A stretch of DNA of 64,000 bases from Mustelus asterias (taxonomy: Eukaryota): assembly GCF_964213995.1 (NCBI RefSeq), contig NC_135808.1:34534001-34598000 (forward strand), given 5' to 3'. The first letter of the stretch is position 1. Every line of letters begins with the position of its first letter. This document shows, in pieces, positions 38,095 through 51,400 of the stretch. Both the position numbers and the translations under genes were made by a program. The notes beneath the pieces are model-generated. The model worked only from the letters and a program-made list of their open reading frames with translations. It made no database searches and had not been told where the DNA came from.

Positions 38095-41000
38095 CGCGCC
38101 TACAATAAAATGATGTTTCAAATGCTCATCCAAATATTTTTTTAAAGTTATAAGGTTTCCAGCCTCCACTACCTTCCCAGGCCGTGCATTCCAGATTCCC
38201 ACCACCCTCCGAATGAAAAAGCATTTTTTCAAATTCTCCATGAATCTCCTGCCCCTCACCCTAAAACTATGCGCCCTCGTGATTGACCCCTCGACCAATG
38301 GGAACAGCTGCTTCCGATTCACCCTGTCGCTACCCCTCATTATCTTATACACCTTTATCTTGTCCCCTCCTCAGCCTTCTCTGCTCTAGAGAAAACAATC
38401 CAAGCCTATCCCGTCTCTCTCATAGCTCAAATGCAACATCCTGGTGAATCTCCACTGTGCAATCACACCCTTCCTATAGTGAGGTGACCAGAGCTGTGTA
38501 CACTACTCCAGCTGTGACTTAACCAATGTTCTGTACAGCTGAAGTTTAAAGTTTATTCAAGTGTGAGATATTGCACATTGGAAGGACAAACCAAAGTAGA
38601 ACGTACAGGGTAAATGGTAGGACTCTGAAGAGTGCAGTTGAACAGAGGGATCTGGGAATACAGGTACAGAATTCCCTAAAAGTGATGTCACAGGTGGATA
38701 GGGTCGTAAAGAGTGCCTTTAGTACATTGGCCTTTGTAAATCGGAGTATCGAGTATAAAAGTTGGAGTGTTATGGTAAGGTTACATAAGGCATTGGTGAG
38801 GCCGAATTTGGAGTATTGTGTACAGTTTTGGTCACCTAGTTACAGGAAGGATGTAAATAAGGTTGAAAGAGTGCAGAGAAGGTTTACAAGGATGTTGCCG
38901 GGACTTGAGAAGCTGAGTTACAGAGAGAGATTGAATAAGTTGGGACTTTATTCCCTGGAGCGTAGAAGATTGGGGGGAGATTTGATAGAGGTGTATAAGA
39001 TTTTGATGGTTTTAGATAGTGAATGCAAGCAGGCTTTTTCCACTGAGGCTAGGGGAGAAAAAAACCAGAGGGCATGGGTTAAGGGTGAAAGGAGAAAAGT
39101 TTAAAGGGAATATTAGGGGGGGCTTCTTCACGCTAGGAGTGTGGAATGAGCTGCCGGATAAAGTGGTAAGTGCGGGGTCACTTTTAACATTTAAGAAAAA
39201 CTTGGACGGGTTCATGGATGAGAGGGGTGTGGAGGGATATGGTCCAAGTGCAGGTCAGTGGGACTAGGCAAAAAATGGTTCGGCACAGACAAGAAGGGCC
39301 AAAAGGCCTGTTTCTGAGCTGTAAGTTTCTATGGTTCTATTTGTGTCACAAGTAGGCTCACATCACTGCAATGAAGTTACTGTGAAAATCCCCTCGTCAC
39401 CACACTCCGGGTATACTGAGGGAGAATTTAGCATGGCCAATGCACCTAACCAGCATGTCTTTCAGAATGTGGGAGGAAACCAGAGCACCCGGAGGAAACC
39501 CATGCAGACACGGGGAGAAGGTGCAGACTCCCCTGTCAGACAGTGACCCAAGCTGGGAATCAAACCTGGGTCCCTGGTGCTGTGAGGCAGCAGTGCTAAC
39601 CACTGTGCCACCCCTGTAACTGTAATCTATGCCACAATTAATAAAAACAAGTGTCCCATATGCCTTCTTCACACTCGTATTCACCTGCTCTGCCACCTTC
39701 AGGGATCTGTGAATAAGTACCCCAAGATCCATCTGTTCCAGGGCAAAAGAGCAACCAGGGAGAAAGTAGGACCTCTGAAGGATCAACAGGGTAACCTATG
39801 TGCGGATCAACAAGATATGGTGAAGATCCTAAATAAATATTTCTCATCATTATTCACTGTTGAGAAAAGCATGGACGCTAGGGAACTTGGGGATATAAAT
39901 AGTGATGTCTTGAGAGCTTCCTAGTGTCCTGCCATTTAATTAATACTCCCTTGTCTTGTTACTTCTTCCAAAGTGCATCACCTCGCATTTGTCTGGGTTA
40001 AATACAATCTTCCATTGCTCTAACCATCTGGCCAATCCATCTATATCTTACGGTAGCCTATGACCTATTTGTTTATTCATCCGTGGGACATGGGCGTTGC
40101 TGGCTAGAATAAAGGGCAAGGCTGGTAGAAGTAGGGAACCTTGGATGACTTGGGATATTGAGGCCCTGGTAAAGAAGAAGGAGGCATTTGACATGCATAG
40201 GCAACTGGAGTCAAGTGGAACCCTTGAAGAGTATAGAGGGTGTAGGAGTAGAGTTGAGAGAGAAATCAGGAGGGCAAAAAGGAGACACAAGATTGTTTTG
40301 GCAGATAAGGCAAAGGAGAATCCAAAGAGCTTCTACAAATACATAAAGGGCAAAAGAGCAACCAGGGAGAAAGTAGGACCTCTGAAGGATCAACAGGGTA
40401 ACCTATGTGCGGATCAACAAGATATGGCGAAGATCCTAAATAAATATTTCTCATCATTATTCACTGTTGAGAAAAGCATGGACGCTAGGGAACTTGGGGA
40501 TATAAATAGTGATGTCTTGAGGAGTGTACACATAACAGAGATGGAGGTGCTGGAAGTCTGAAAGGCATCAAGATAGATAAATCCCCGGGACCTGATGAAG
40601 TGTATCCCAGGACACTGTGGGAGGCTAGGGAGGAAATTGCGGGCCCCCTAGCAGAGATATTTGAATCATCAACAGCCACAGGTGAGGTGCCTGAAGATTG
40701 AAAGGTGGTAAATGTTGTGCTGTTGTTTAAATAGAACAAAGAGCTCTCGGGGTACAGGTTCATAGCTCCTTGAAAGCAGAGTCACAGCTGGACAGAATGG
40801 TGAAGGAGGCATTTGGCATGCTTGGTTTCATTGGTCAGAACATTGAATACAGGAGTTGGGATGTCTTGTTGAAGTTGTACAAGACATTGGTAAGGCCACA
40901 CTTGGAATACTGTGTACAATTCTGGTCACCCTGTTATAGAAAGGATATTATTAAACTAGAAAGAGTGCAGAAAAGATTTACTGGGATGCTACTGGGACTT

Positions 41001-43070
41001 GATGGTTTGAGTTGTAAGGAGAGGCTGGATAGACTGGGACTTTTTTCTCTGGAGTGTAGGAAGCTGAGGGGTGATCTTATAGAGGTCTATAAAATAATGA
41101 GGGGCATAGACAAGGTAGAGAGTCAATATCTTTTCCCAAAGGTAAGGGAGTCTAAAACTAGAGGGCATAGGTTTAAGGCGAGAGGAGAGAAATACAAAAC
41201 GGTCCAGAGGAGCAATTTTTTCTCACAGAGGGTGATGAACGTCTGGAACAAGCTGCCAGAGGTAATAGTAGAGATGGGTACAATTTTGTCTTTTAAAAAG
41301 GGTTTAGACAGTTACATGGGTAAGATGTGTGTAGAAGGATGTAGGCCAAATGTGGGAAATTAGGACTAGCTTAGAGGTTTAAAAAAAAGGGGTGGCATGG
41401 ACAAGTTGGGCCGAAGGGCCTGTTTCCATGCTGTAAACATCTATAACATCTATCTATGACCTCCTTCACTATTAACCACCCTACCAATCTTGGTCTCATC
41501 AGCAAACTTGCTTATCATTCCCCACCCACCCCACTTTATCATCTATATCATTTATGTATATAACAAACAATAAGGGTCCCAGCACTGAATCTTGTGATAA
41601 GCCACTGGATACCGGCCTCCAGTCACTACCACCTATCTCTGAGCCAGTTTCGGATCTATTTTACCAAGTTCCCCTGAATTCCATGTGCTTCAACCTTCTC
41701 AATCAGTCTCCCATGTGGGACTATGTCGAAGACTTTGCTAAAATGCGTATAAACTATATCGGCTGCACTTCCCTCATCCACACACTTGGTCACATTTTCG
41801 AAAAATTCCCTCCAATTAATTTGGCATGACCTCCCTCTGAAGAAGCCATGTTGATTATCTCTGACTAACCCATGCTTTTCCAAGTGGAGATTAATTCTCT
41901 CCTTCAGAATGTTAGAACATAGAACAGTACAGCACAGAACAGGCCCTTCGGCCCACGATGTTGTGCCGAGCTTTATCTGAAACCAAGATCAAGCTATCCC
42001 ACTCCCTATCATCCTGGTGTGCTCCATATGCCTATCCAATAACCGCTTAAATGTTCCTAAAGTGTCTGACTCCACTATCACTGCAGGCAGTCCATTCCAC
42101 ACCCCAACCACTCTCTGCATAAAGAACCTACCTCTGATATCCTTCCTGTATCTCCCACCACGAACCCTATAGTTATGCCCCCTTGTAATAGCTCCATCCA
42201 CCTGAGGAAATAGTCTTTGAACGTTCACTCTATTTATCCCCTTCATCATTTTATAAACCTCTATTAAGTCTCCCCTCAGCCTCCTCCGCTCCAGAGAGAA
42301 CAGCCCTAGCTCCCTCAACCTTTCCTCATAAGACCTACATAATGTTCTTCTAGTTTTCCTACCACTGACGTGAGACTCGTGCTCTGTAATTTCATGGTTC
42401 ATCTCTAGCATCCTTCTTGAAAAGTGGAACCACATTAGCCATCTTCCAATTCTCTGGCACTTTCCCCATGTAAGAAGTCTCACAACACCAGGTTAAAGTC
42501 CAACAGGTTTATTTGGTCGCAAAATCCACTAACTTTAGGAGCGCTGCTCCTAAAAATAAATTTTGTAAATTGAGTTTGTATCAATATATGCCCTGTTTGT
42601 GAACAGAACTCTCACTTACCTGATGAAGGAGCAGCGCTCCGAAAGCTCGTGGATTTTGCTACCAAATAAACCTGTTGGACTTTAACCTGGTGTTGTTAAA
42701 CTTCTTACTATGTTTACCCCAGTCCAATGCCGGCATCTCCACATCATGACTTTCCCCATGGCCACAGAGGAATTAAAATTTTGTGTTAGAGCCCCTGCAA
42801 TTTCCTGCCTCGCCTCCGACAGCAGTCTGGAAAGCAATTCATCCGGGCCTAGGGATTTGCCAATTTTGAAGCTCGTCAGAGCCTCCAATACCTCCTCACT
42901 TCCTATGTCAAACTGTGCAAGTTTCTTACAGTCCCCTTTCCTGAATTCTGTACCTATGTTCTCCTTTTCCTGAATGAATTCATTTAACACCCTTCCAGTG
43001 TCCTGTGGCTTCACACACAGATTACTCCGTGTCTTTAATGGGCCCTACTCTTTCCCTGGTTAATCTCTTC
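38095..43070. mobile_element. Cluster of nested CR1 fragments on both strands plus a V-SINE (about 39340-39612)
   Basis: CR1 ORF2 motifs in ORFs 38029-38352(-), 38571-39267(+), 40097-41363(+), 41656-41883(-), 41989-42340(-) and 42750-43014(-). Confidence 0.85.
42471..42748 (+). mobile_element. Penelope pLTR-derived insert: inverted partial copy + direct copy with hammerhead motif (42616-42652)
   Basis: TSD actttccccatg at 42459-42470 and 42749-42760. ttac-CTGATGA-a-ggagc agc gctcc-GAAA-gc-TC-gtgg. 42471-42550 is an inverted pLTR fragment. Confidence 0.88.
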
Positions 43071-43077
43071 CTCTGTT

Positions 43078-44305
43078 GCTAGACTGCGACAGGTGGAGAG
43101 AGAAAAACATCCTTGATCTCATCCTCACCAACCTACTTGCCGCAGATGCATCTGTCCATGATAGTATTGGTAAGAGTGACCACCGCACAGTCCTTGTGGA
43201 CAGGAATTAATCTTCACATTGAGAATACCCTCCATCATGATGTGTAGCACTATCACCGAGCTAATTGGGATAGCCTTCGAACAGATCTAGCACCAAAAGA
43301 CTGGGAATCCATGAGGCGTTGTGCACCATCACTCGCATTAGAATTGTACTCAACTGCAATCTGTAGTCTCATGGCCCGGTATATCCCCCATTCTACCATT
43401 ATCACCAAGCCAGCGATCGACCCTGGTTCATTAAAGAGTGCAGGAGGGCATGCCACGAGCAGCACCAGCCATAACTAAAAATGAGGTGTCCAGCCGGTGA
43501 AGTTACAACTTAGTATTGTTTGTATGCCAAACAACTTCAGCAACAAGTGATAGACAGCTAAATTATTCCACAACGAACAGATTGGATTTAAGCTCTGCAA
43601 TCCTGCCACATCCAGTTGTGAATGATGGTGGACAATTAAACAACTCGCTGGAGGAGGAGTTTCCACAAATATCCCCATCCTCGATAATGGGGGAGCCCAG
43701 CACATCAGTGTAAAATATTGAGGCAATGCTCTGAAGAATTTGCAATAATCATCAGCCAAAGTGGCCAAAATGGCACTTCACAGCAATAGCCTGCTCACTG
43801 ATGCTCAGCTTGGGTTCCACCATGGGTCACTCAGCTCCTGACCTCATTATAGCCTTGGTTTAAAATTGAACAAATGAGCTGAACTCCAGATGTGGTGAGG
43901 CTAACTGCCCTTAACAGCATTTTACCAAGTGTGGCATCAAGGAGCCCTTGGGAAACTGGAATCAATGGGTATCGGGGCAAACACTCTGCTGGTTGGAGTC
44001 ATACCTGGTACATAGGAAGATGGTTGTGGTTGTGGAGGGTCAGTCATCTCGGATCCAGGACATCACTGCCGGAGTCCCTCAGGGTAGTGTCCTAGGCTCA
44101 ACAATCTTCAGCTACTTCATCAATGACCTTCCCTCCATCATAAGGTTAGAAGTGGGAATGTTCGCCGATGATTGCACAATGTTCAGCACCATTCGTGACT
44201 CCTCAGATACAGAAGAAATCCATGTCCAAATACAGCGAGACCTGGATAATCCAGGCTTGGGCTGGCAAGTGGCAAGCAAGGTTCACGCCTCAAGTGCCAG
44301 GCAAT
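43078..44305 (+). mobile_element. LINE family B fragment
   Basis: ORF 43948-44307 ([13 protein letters not shown]), collinear with 33803-37312. Confidence 0.85.
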
Positions 44306-44498
44306 AAAAATGTATGACCTGATAGCCATCACAGAGACATGGTTGAAAGTTGGCCAAGGCTTGGACCTGAATATTGAAATGTGTTTCACACTTCAGAAGG
44401 ATATGAAACCGAGACAGGGATAGCTCTGTTACTTGGATGGTACAGTAGTTAACACTGCTGCCTCACAGCGCCAGGGACCGAGCATTAGGTGACTCTCT

Positions 44499-47400
44499 GG
44501 GCCAGATTTTATCATTTTCATTCTAAGTGCTGTTTATCATTTTCATTCTAAGTGCTGATTCTGGGCGCAGTACAGATCCGACTCAGAAATCCGCTTTCAG
44601 GTGCCCCCATACACTCTCAGCCATCTCCAGTACGATTCGCGCTGTGGGCGGGGCTTAGCAGAAAGCAGAGAAAGCGGCCCAGGAGCAAAAAGTGGCTGCG
44701 AGGGTGTATCTCGGTGTTGGGGGGGGGGGGGGCAGATGGATCTCTGGTGGGGGGGGGGGGGAGAGCAGATGGATCTCTGGGGGGGGGGGGCAGATGAATC
44801 TCGGGTGGGGTGGGGGGTGGGGGGGCAGATGGATCTCTGGTGGGGGGGGCAGGGGGGTCCGCTGCCACTCTGCGGGCGATTGGAGGGGGCAGGGGTGGCG
44901 GTAGGTCTGGGTGGGGGGGGATGCTGATTTTTAGCTCTCAAGGATCTACTTCCATTCTTTTTTTCACGCCCAGAACTGTTTCATGGTGAGGGTTTTCTCT
45001 GGAGACCTGCCCTCAAGTGCAAGCTCGGCGAATCTTCCAACATCATTTCAAATCTGCACCGTTTGGAACTTTCTGTCCAAGTGCAAGCTCCCACACACAT
45101 TCCTCTTCTGTGGTTGGTCCCTTGTTGCTCTCCCCGACAAGTCCACCACCCCCCCACTACCCAGACCGATCACCCGCAGAGTGGCAGCAGACCCCCCTGC
45201 CCCCCCACCAGAGATCCATCGGCCCCCCCACCAGAGATCCATCGGCCCCCCCCCACCAGAGATCCATCGGCCCCCCCCCACCAGAGATCCATCGGCCCCC
45301 CCCCACCAGAGATCCATCGGCCCCCCCCCACCAGAGATCCATCGGCCCCCCCCCACCAGAGATCCATCGGCCCCCCCCACCAGAGATCCATCGGCCCCCC
45401 CCACCAGAGATCCATCGGCCCCCCCCACCAGAGATCCATCGGCCCCCCCCACCAGAGATCCATCGGCCCCCCCCACCAGAGATCCATCGGCCCCCCCACC
45501 AGAGATCCATCGGCCCCCCCCACCAGAGATCCATCGGCCCCCCCCACCAGAGATCCATCGGCCCCCCCCACCAGAGATCCATCGGCCCCCCCCACCAGAG
45601 ATCCATCGGCCCCCCCCACCAGAGATCCATCGGCCCCCCCACCAGAGATCCATCTGCCCCCCCACCAGAGATCCATCTGCCCCCCCCACCAGAGATCCAT
45701 CTGCCCCCCCACCAGAGATCCATCTGCCCCCCCCACCAGAGATCCATCTGCCCCCCCACCAGAGATCCATCTGCCCCCCCCACCAGAGATCCATCTGCCC
45801 CCCCCACCAGAGATCCATCTGCCCCCCCCACCAGAGATCCATCTGCCCCCCCCACCGGAGATCATCTGCCCCCCCCCATCGGAGATGCATCTGCCCCCCC
45901 CCATCGGAGATGCATCTGCCCCCCCCCATCGGAGATGCATCTGCCCCCCCCATCGGAGATGCATCTGCCCCCCCCCCACCGGAGATGCATCTGCCCCCCC
46001 CCACCGGAGATGCATCTGCCCCCCCCCCACCGGAGATGCATCTGCCCCCCCCCCCACCGGAGATGCATCTGCCCCCCCCCCCCACCGGAGATGCATCTGC
46101 CCCCCCACCCCCCACCGGAGATGCATCTGCCCCCCCCCCCCCCACCGGAGATGCATCTGCCCCCCCCCCCCCACCGGAGATGCATCTGCCCCCCCCCCCC
46201 CACCGGAGATGCATCTGCCCCCCCCCCCCCACCGGAGATGCATCTGCCCCCCCCCCCCACCGGAGATGCATCTGCCCCCCCCCCCCCACCGGAGATGCAT
46301 CTGCCCCCCCCCCCCCCACCGGAGATGCATCTGCCCCCCCCCCCCCACCGGAGATGCATCTGCCCCCCCCCCCCACCGGAGATGCATCTGCCCCCCCCCC
46401 CTACCGGAGATGCATCTGCCCCCCCCCCCACCGGAGATGCATCTGCCCCCCCCCCCACCGGAGATGCATCTGCCCCCCCCCCCCACCGGAGATGCATCTG
46501 CCCCCCCCCCACCGGAGATGCATCTGCCCCCCCCCCCACCGGAGATGCATCTGCCCCCCCCCCCCACCGGAGATGCATCTGCCCCCCCCCCCACCGGAGA
46601 TGCATCTGCCCCCCCCCACCGGAGATGCATCTGCCCCCCCCACCCCCACCGGAGATGCATCTGCTCCCCCCCCCACCGGAGATGCATCTGCCCCCCCCCC
46701 CCCACCGGAGATGCATCTGCCCCCCCCCCCCCCACCGGAGATGCATCTGCCCCCCCCCCCACCGGAGATGCATCTGCCCCCCCCCACCGGAGATGCATCT
46801 GCCCCCCCCCCCCCACCGGAGATGCATCTGCTCCCCCCCCCCCACCGGAGATCCATCAGCCCCCCCCCCCCCCCCCCCCACCAGAGATAGATACATCTTA
46901 CCCACCTCCCCGCCCCCCCCCCCCCCCCCCATGCAATGATCTGGCTCACTCCCCCCCCCCCCCCCCCCCCAGACGGTGATCTGGCCTCATCCTTTTCCTC
47001 CCCCCCACCCCCACTCCAACCAGACAGCGATTGCCCCCCCCCACCAGAGATACATCTGACCCGCCGCCTCCTCTTCCCCTCCCCCCCCCCCCCCCCCCCC
47101 CACAAACAACGATCTGACCCGCCTCCCCCTCCCCCCCAACAACTGATCTGAGCCAGAGACACCGAAAACATTGGAAACACTGAACGTGCTCTTCAGAGTT
47201 CTTCGGACTTTTATTTTGCAGACCCCTAAAAGCGCGGTTCCGGTTTGGTAAACGCAGTGGTAAAGGGGGAAATGATGATAGAGTTGGGCGGGCAGTTCAT
47301 TAATTCAATTTAAATGCATGCAAATGCATTTAAATCGTCCTTGCGCCCGATTTGGGTGCGGAACGGATCCCCGCCATTCGCAGGTCTCGGTAAAGTGGCA

Positions 47401-47503
47401 TTTTGCTCGGACGCGGGTGCAGATCGCGATAAAGGCCTCACACCCGACTTTCCCGCGATTTCAAGCCCGAAAATGGGTGCAAATTGTTGGTAAAATTGGG
47501 TCC
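44499..47503. mobile_element. Harbinger-like MITE (about 3 kb) carrying an expanded minisatellite, inserted in an HE1 SINE
   Basis: TIRs gggccagattttatca / tggtaaaattgggtcc. TSD TCT at 44496-44498 and 47504-47506. The SINE head (44437-44498) and body (47507-47712) are rejoined on removal. Confidence 0.8.
45195..46890. repeat. C-rich minisatellite, unit (C)n-accagagatccatcgg / -accggagatgcatctg, about 22-30 bp
   Basis: Dozens of tandem units with variable C runs, plus inverted G-rich units at 44713-44855. Confidence 0.97.
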
Positions 47504-47752
47504 TCTTGTGTGGTGTTTGCACATTCTTCCCGTGTCTGCTCCGGTTTCCTCCCACAGTCCAAAGCTGGTGGTGGATTGGCCGTGCTAAATTGTGCCTTAG
47601 TGTCCCAAGCAGGGTAATATGTGGCAAGGGGCTGGATAAGATGCTCAGTTGGAGAGTCAGTGCAACTCGATGGGCCAAATGGCCACCTTCTACACTCCAG
47701 GGATTATGTGATTCAATAAGGAGCTGATCTTAGCTGGAAAAAGCAAGTTATA

Positions 47753-48481
47753 GGGTGGAATCTTACCAGAAATGGCAAAGTGCCGACTGTGTGTATCTCT
47801 CCAGAGAAACAGGCAGGTTTTCTTGCCAGATCTTATGACAGCTTGTCACAAAGCTGGCTGCACAGAGATAGGGGCGCCCAGATCAGACATAGCAATAACC
47901 ACCCCCCACCCCACCACAGAGATCTCAGGGGCTCCCCCTCCTCCCCACCTAACCCCCATGATCAACACTGACGTCGGACTCTCTTTGCCCCCTCCCCCCA
48001 CCTAAAAGTCATCACTGGCATCCCCCCCCCCCCCCCCCCCACAAATAAATGAGTCCCCTCTCACGAGGGTCCGCCCCGGTACTTCCACCGGCACGAGTGC
48101 CAACTTGTGCCAGGGGCACTGCCTGGCCATTCCCCCCCCCCCCCCCCCCCCCCGCCCCCCCAAATGGGCTAAAGCCACCTTTATGCCCCTGGGAGGATCC
48201 CCACAACAGGTTCATGTCTGAGTGAACCTTTTGTAAACCTCACAGATGTGACATCATGTTGGCGAGGTTTGAAAATGTGGCTGGGGGGGCATATCTGGTG
48301 CGGGAATGTATCATTATTTTGTAGTTTATTTAAATATATTGTAATCGTATTCATGCCTATTATGAGTGTGAACCTGATTACGTCACCAGTGAGGGGCAGC
48401 GAAAATCGGAGATAACGATCTTGCCAGCAAGATTCACAATTTCTGGGCTTCACTGGATCTTGTGGACTCAAGTTTCTGCTC
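47753..48481. mobile_element. Possible decayed Harbinger-like MITE
   Basis: Left end gggtggaatcttacc, weak right TIR (8/12), flanking ATA/ATA, and shared internal motifs (ggcacgagtgcc, atttaaat). Confidence 0.45.
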
Positions 48482-48489
48482 ATAGAATC

Positions 48490-51400
48490 AGTTTGTGTAC
48501 AGATAAGAAGTAGGAAAGATTAGAGGTCACGTGTAGGAGTAGATTATAGGCCTCTAACAGTAGTTACGTTGTGGGACAGAGTATACAGGAATAAATAAAT
48601 GGGGTGTGTAAGAAATCATGGGTGGCTTTAATCTTGATGTAGATTGGGTGATCAGATTTTGATTTGATTTATTATTGTCACATATATTAACATACAGTGA
48701 AAAGTATTGTTTCTTGCGCGCTATACAGCCAAAACATACCGTTCATAGAGAAGGAAAGGAGAGAGTGCAGAATGTAGTGTTACAATCATAGCTAGGGTGT
48801 AGAGAAAGATCAACTTACTTTGCATTAAGTCCATCCAAAAGTCTGACAGCAGCAGGGAAGAAGCTGTTCTTGAGTCTGTTGGTACGTGACCTCAGACTCC
48901 GATTAACAAAGATAACATAAAGTTTATGTTCAGTTTGGAGGTGAGAAATGTAGGCCAAAAACTACTGTTTAAAACTTACAACTAATAAGAATATGAAGGC
49001 AGAGTTAGCTAAAATGAACTGGGAAACCAGGTTAAATTGCGGCACAGTAGAGATGCAATGGCAGACTTTTAAAAAGATATTTACTAACTCTGAGGAAAGA
49101 TTTATCCCAGTGAGGAAGAAAGGCTCTTTGGGAAGGATGTTTCTTTCACACGTGGCTAAATATGGAAGTTAAGGGTTTTATCAAATTGAAGAAACACTGT
49201 CCAATTCTGTGAAGGTTAGTGTAGGCCAGAAGATAGGACAGAATTTAAGAACCAGCGAGAGAGGGAGAGAGAAATCAAAGAATGAGAAGAAGCTATCGAG
49301 AAATATCAAAACAGATAGTAAACGCTTCTACAAGTATTTAGGAAGGAAAAGACAAATGCAGTGAGTGTTGGTCCTCTGGAGTCTGGGAAATGAATGATGG
49401 GAAATTAGGAAATGGTGGGAGAATTGAACAGGTATTTTGTTTTTGTCGTCACTGGTAAAAGATGTGGAAAACTTCCCAAAGATACTGGAAAATGAAGAGG
49501 GAAAAGGGTGAGAGGAACTTAAAACAATTGTTGTCATCAAGGAGAAGATACTGGGTAACTTTTGACCTAAAGGCTGACACATCTGCAGAAAGGCTTTGTT
49601 TATAATCTTCCAAAATTCCTTAGATTCTGGAACCATTCCAGTGAATTGGAAAAAAATTAATGTAATACCTTAATCAAGGAAAGGAATATAAAGCTATATA
49701 AGACCCTCATCACATCCCACTTGGAGTACTGTGCTCAGTTCTGGTCGCCTCATTACAGGAAGGATGTGGAAAAGATTGAAAGGGTGCAGAGGAGATTTAC
49801 AAGGATGTTGCCTGGATTGAGTGGCATGCCTTATGAGGATAGGCTGAGGGAGCTCGGTCTTTTCTCCTTGGAGAGACGAAGGATGAGAGGAGACCTAATA
49901 GAGGTATATAAGATGTTGAGAGGCATAAATCGGGTGGACTCTGAGGCTTTTTCCCAGGGCGGAAATGGCTGCTACAAGAGGACACAGGTTTAAGGTGCTG
50001 GGGGGTAGGTACAGGGGAGATGTTAGGGGGAAGTTTTTCACACACAGGGTGGTGGGCGAGTGGAATCGGCTGCCGTCAGTGGTGGTGGAGGCAAACTCAA
50101 TAGGGTATTTTAAGAGACTCCTGGATGAGTACATGGGACTTAATAGGATGGAGGGTTATAGGTAGGCCTCGAAGGTAGGGATATGTTCGGCACAACTTGT
50201 GGGGCCGAAGGGCCTGTTTTGTGCTGTAGTTTTTCTATGTTTCTATGAATGAGGTAAACATCTGTCATAGGGAAAATCCATTATTGCTGAATTTGTTATA
50301 AAAGAGATTAAGAGCAGAAAACTGAGAAAATCATTTAAAGTTTTTTTAAATTTTATTAGTGTCACAAATAGGCTTACATTATGCAATGAAGTTACTGTGA
50401 AAATCCCCTAGTCGCCTCACTTTGTGCCTGTTCAGGTACACTGAGGGAGAATTTTAGCATGGCCAATGCACCTAACCAGCACGTCTTTCGGACTGTGGGA
50501 GGAAACCGGAGCACCCGAAGGAAACCAGCGCAGACACGGGGAGAATGTGCAAACTCCACACAGACAGTGACCCAAGCCGGGAATTGAACCCGGGTCCCTG
50601 GCGCTGTGAGGCAGCGGTGCTAACCACTGTGCTACCGTGCCGCCTTATTGGATACGGACAGATTCAACATGGCTTTGTGAAAGGGAAATCATATTTAACT
50701 GATTGATTCGAGTTCTTTGGGGTAACAAACAACATGGATGAAAGAGACCCTACAGATAGGGTATAGATGGATTTCCAAAAGCCATTGGTAAGGTGTCATA
50801 TCGATGGATACTACGATGGAAATAAGAACACATGCTGTATGAGGTAACATATTGGCATGGATAGAGTATTGGTTAGCTAACAGGAAGCAGAGAGCAAGCA
50901 TAAATGGTCATTTTTGGTTGGCAACCTGTAACTAGTAAAATGTGACAGGGATTAGTGCTGGGACCTCCACTATTCATAAATGGGTCTTTTTCTGATTGGC
51001 AGTCGGTGACTAGTGGGGTTCCGCAGGGATCTGTGCTAGGACCCCAACTGTTCACATTATAAATGATTTAGAAGAGGGAACTAAATGTATTATCTCCAAA
51101 TTTGCAGATGATACAAAGTTGGGTGGGAGAGAGAGCTATGAGCAGAGATGCTTCAATGTGATTTGGACAGACTGATTGTGTGGGCATGTGCATGGCAGAT
51201 GCAGTATAATGTGGATAAATGTGAGGATATCCACTTTGGTAGCAATAATAGGAAGACAGATTATTATTTGAGTGGGTGTAAGTTGAGAAGATGGATACTC
51301 AATGAGACCTTGGAGTCCTCATGCATCAGTTGCTGAAAGTAAGCGCGCAGGTACAGCAGGCAGTAAAGAAGGCAAATGGTATGTTGGCGAGAGGGTTTGA

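Noticed and set aside
45195-46890. CRISPR-like regular repeat array
   Set aside because: There are no unique spacers (only variable C-runs), no cas genes, and the context is eukaryotic.
44983-47180. Long Pro-rich/Gly-rich ORFs (up to 640 aa) in all six frames
   Set aside because: They result from a stop-free minisatellite open in every frame. There is no domain, splice or codon evidence for a gene.
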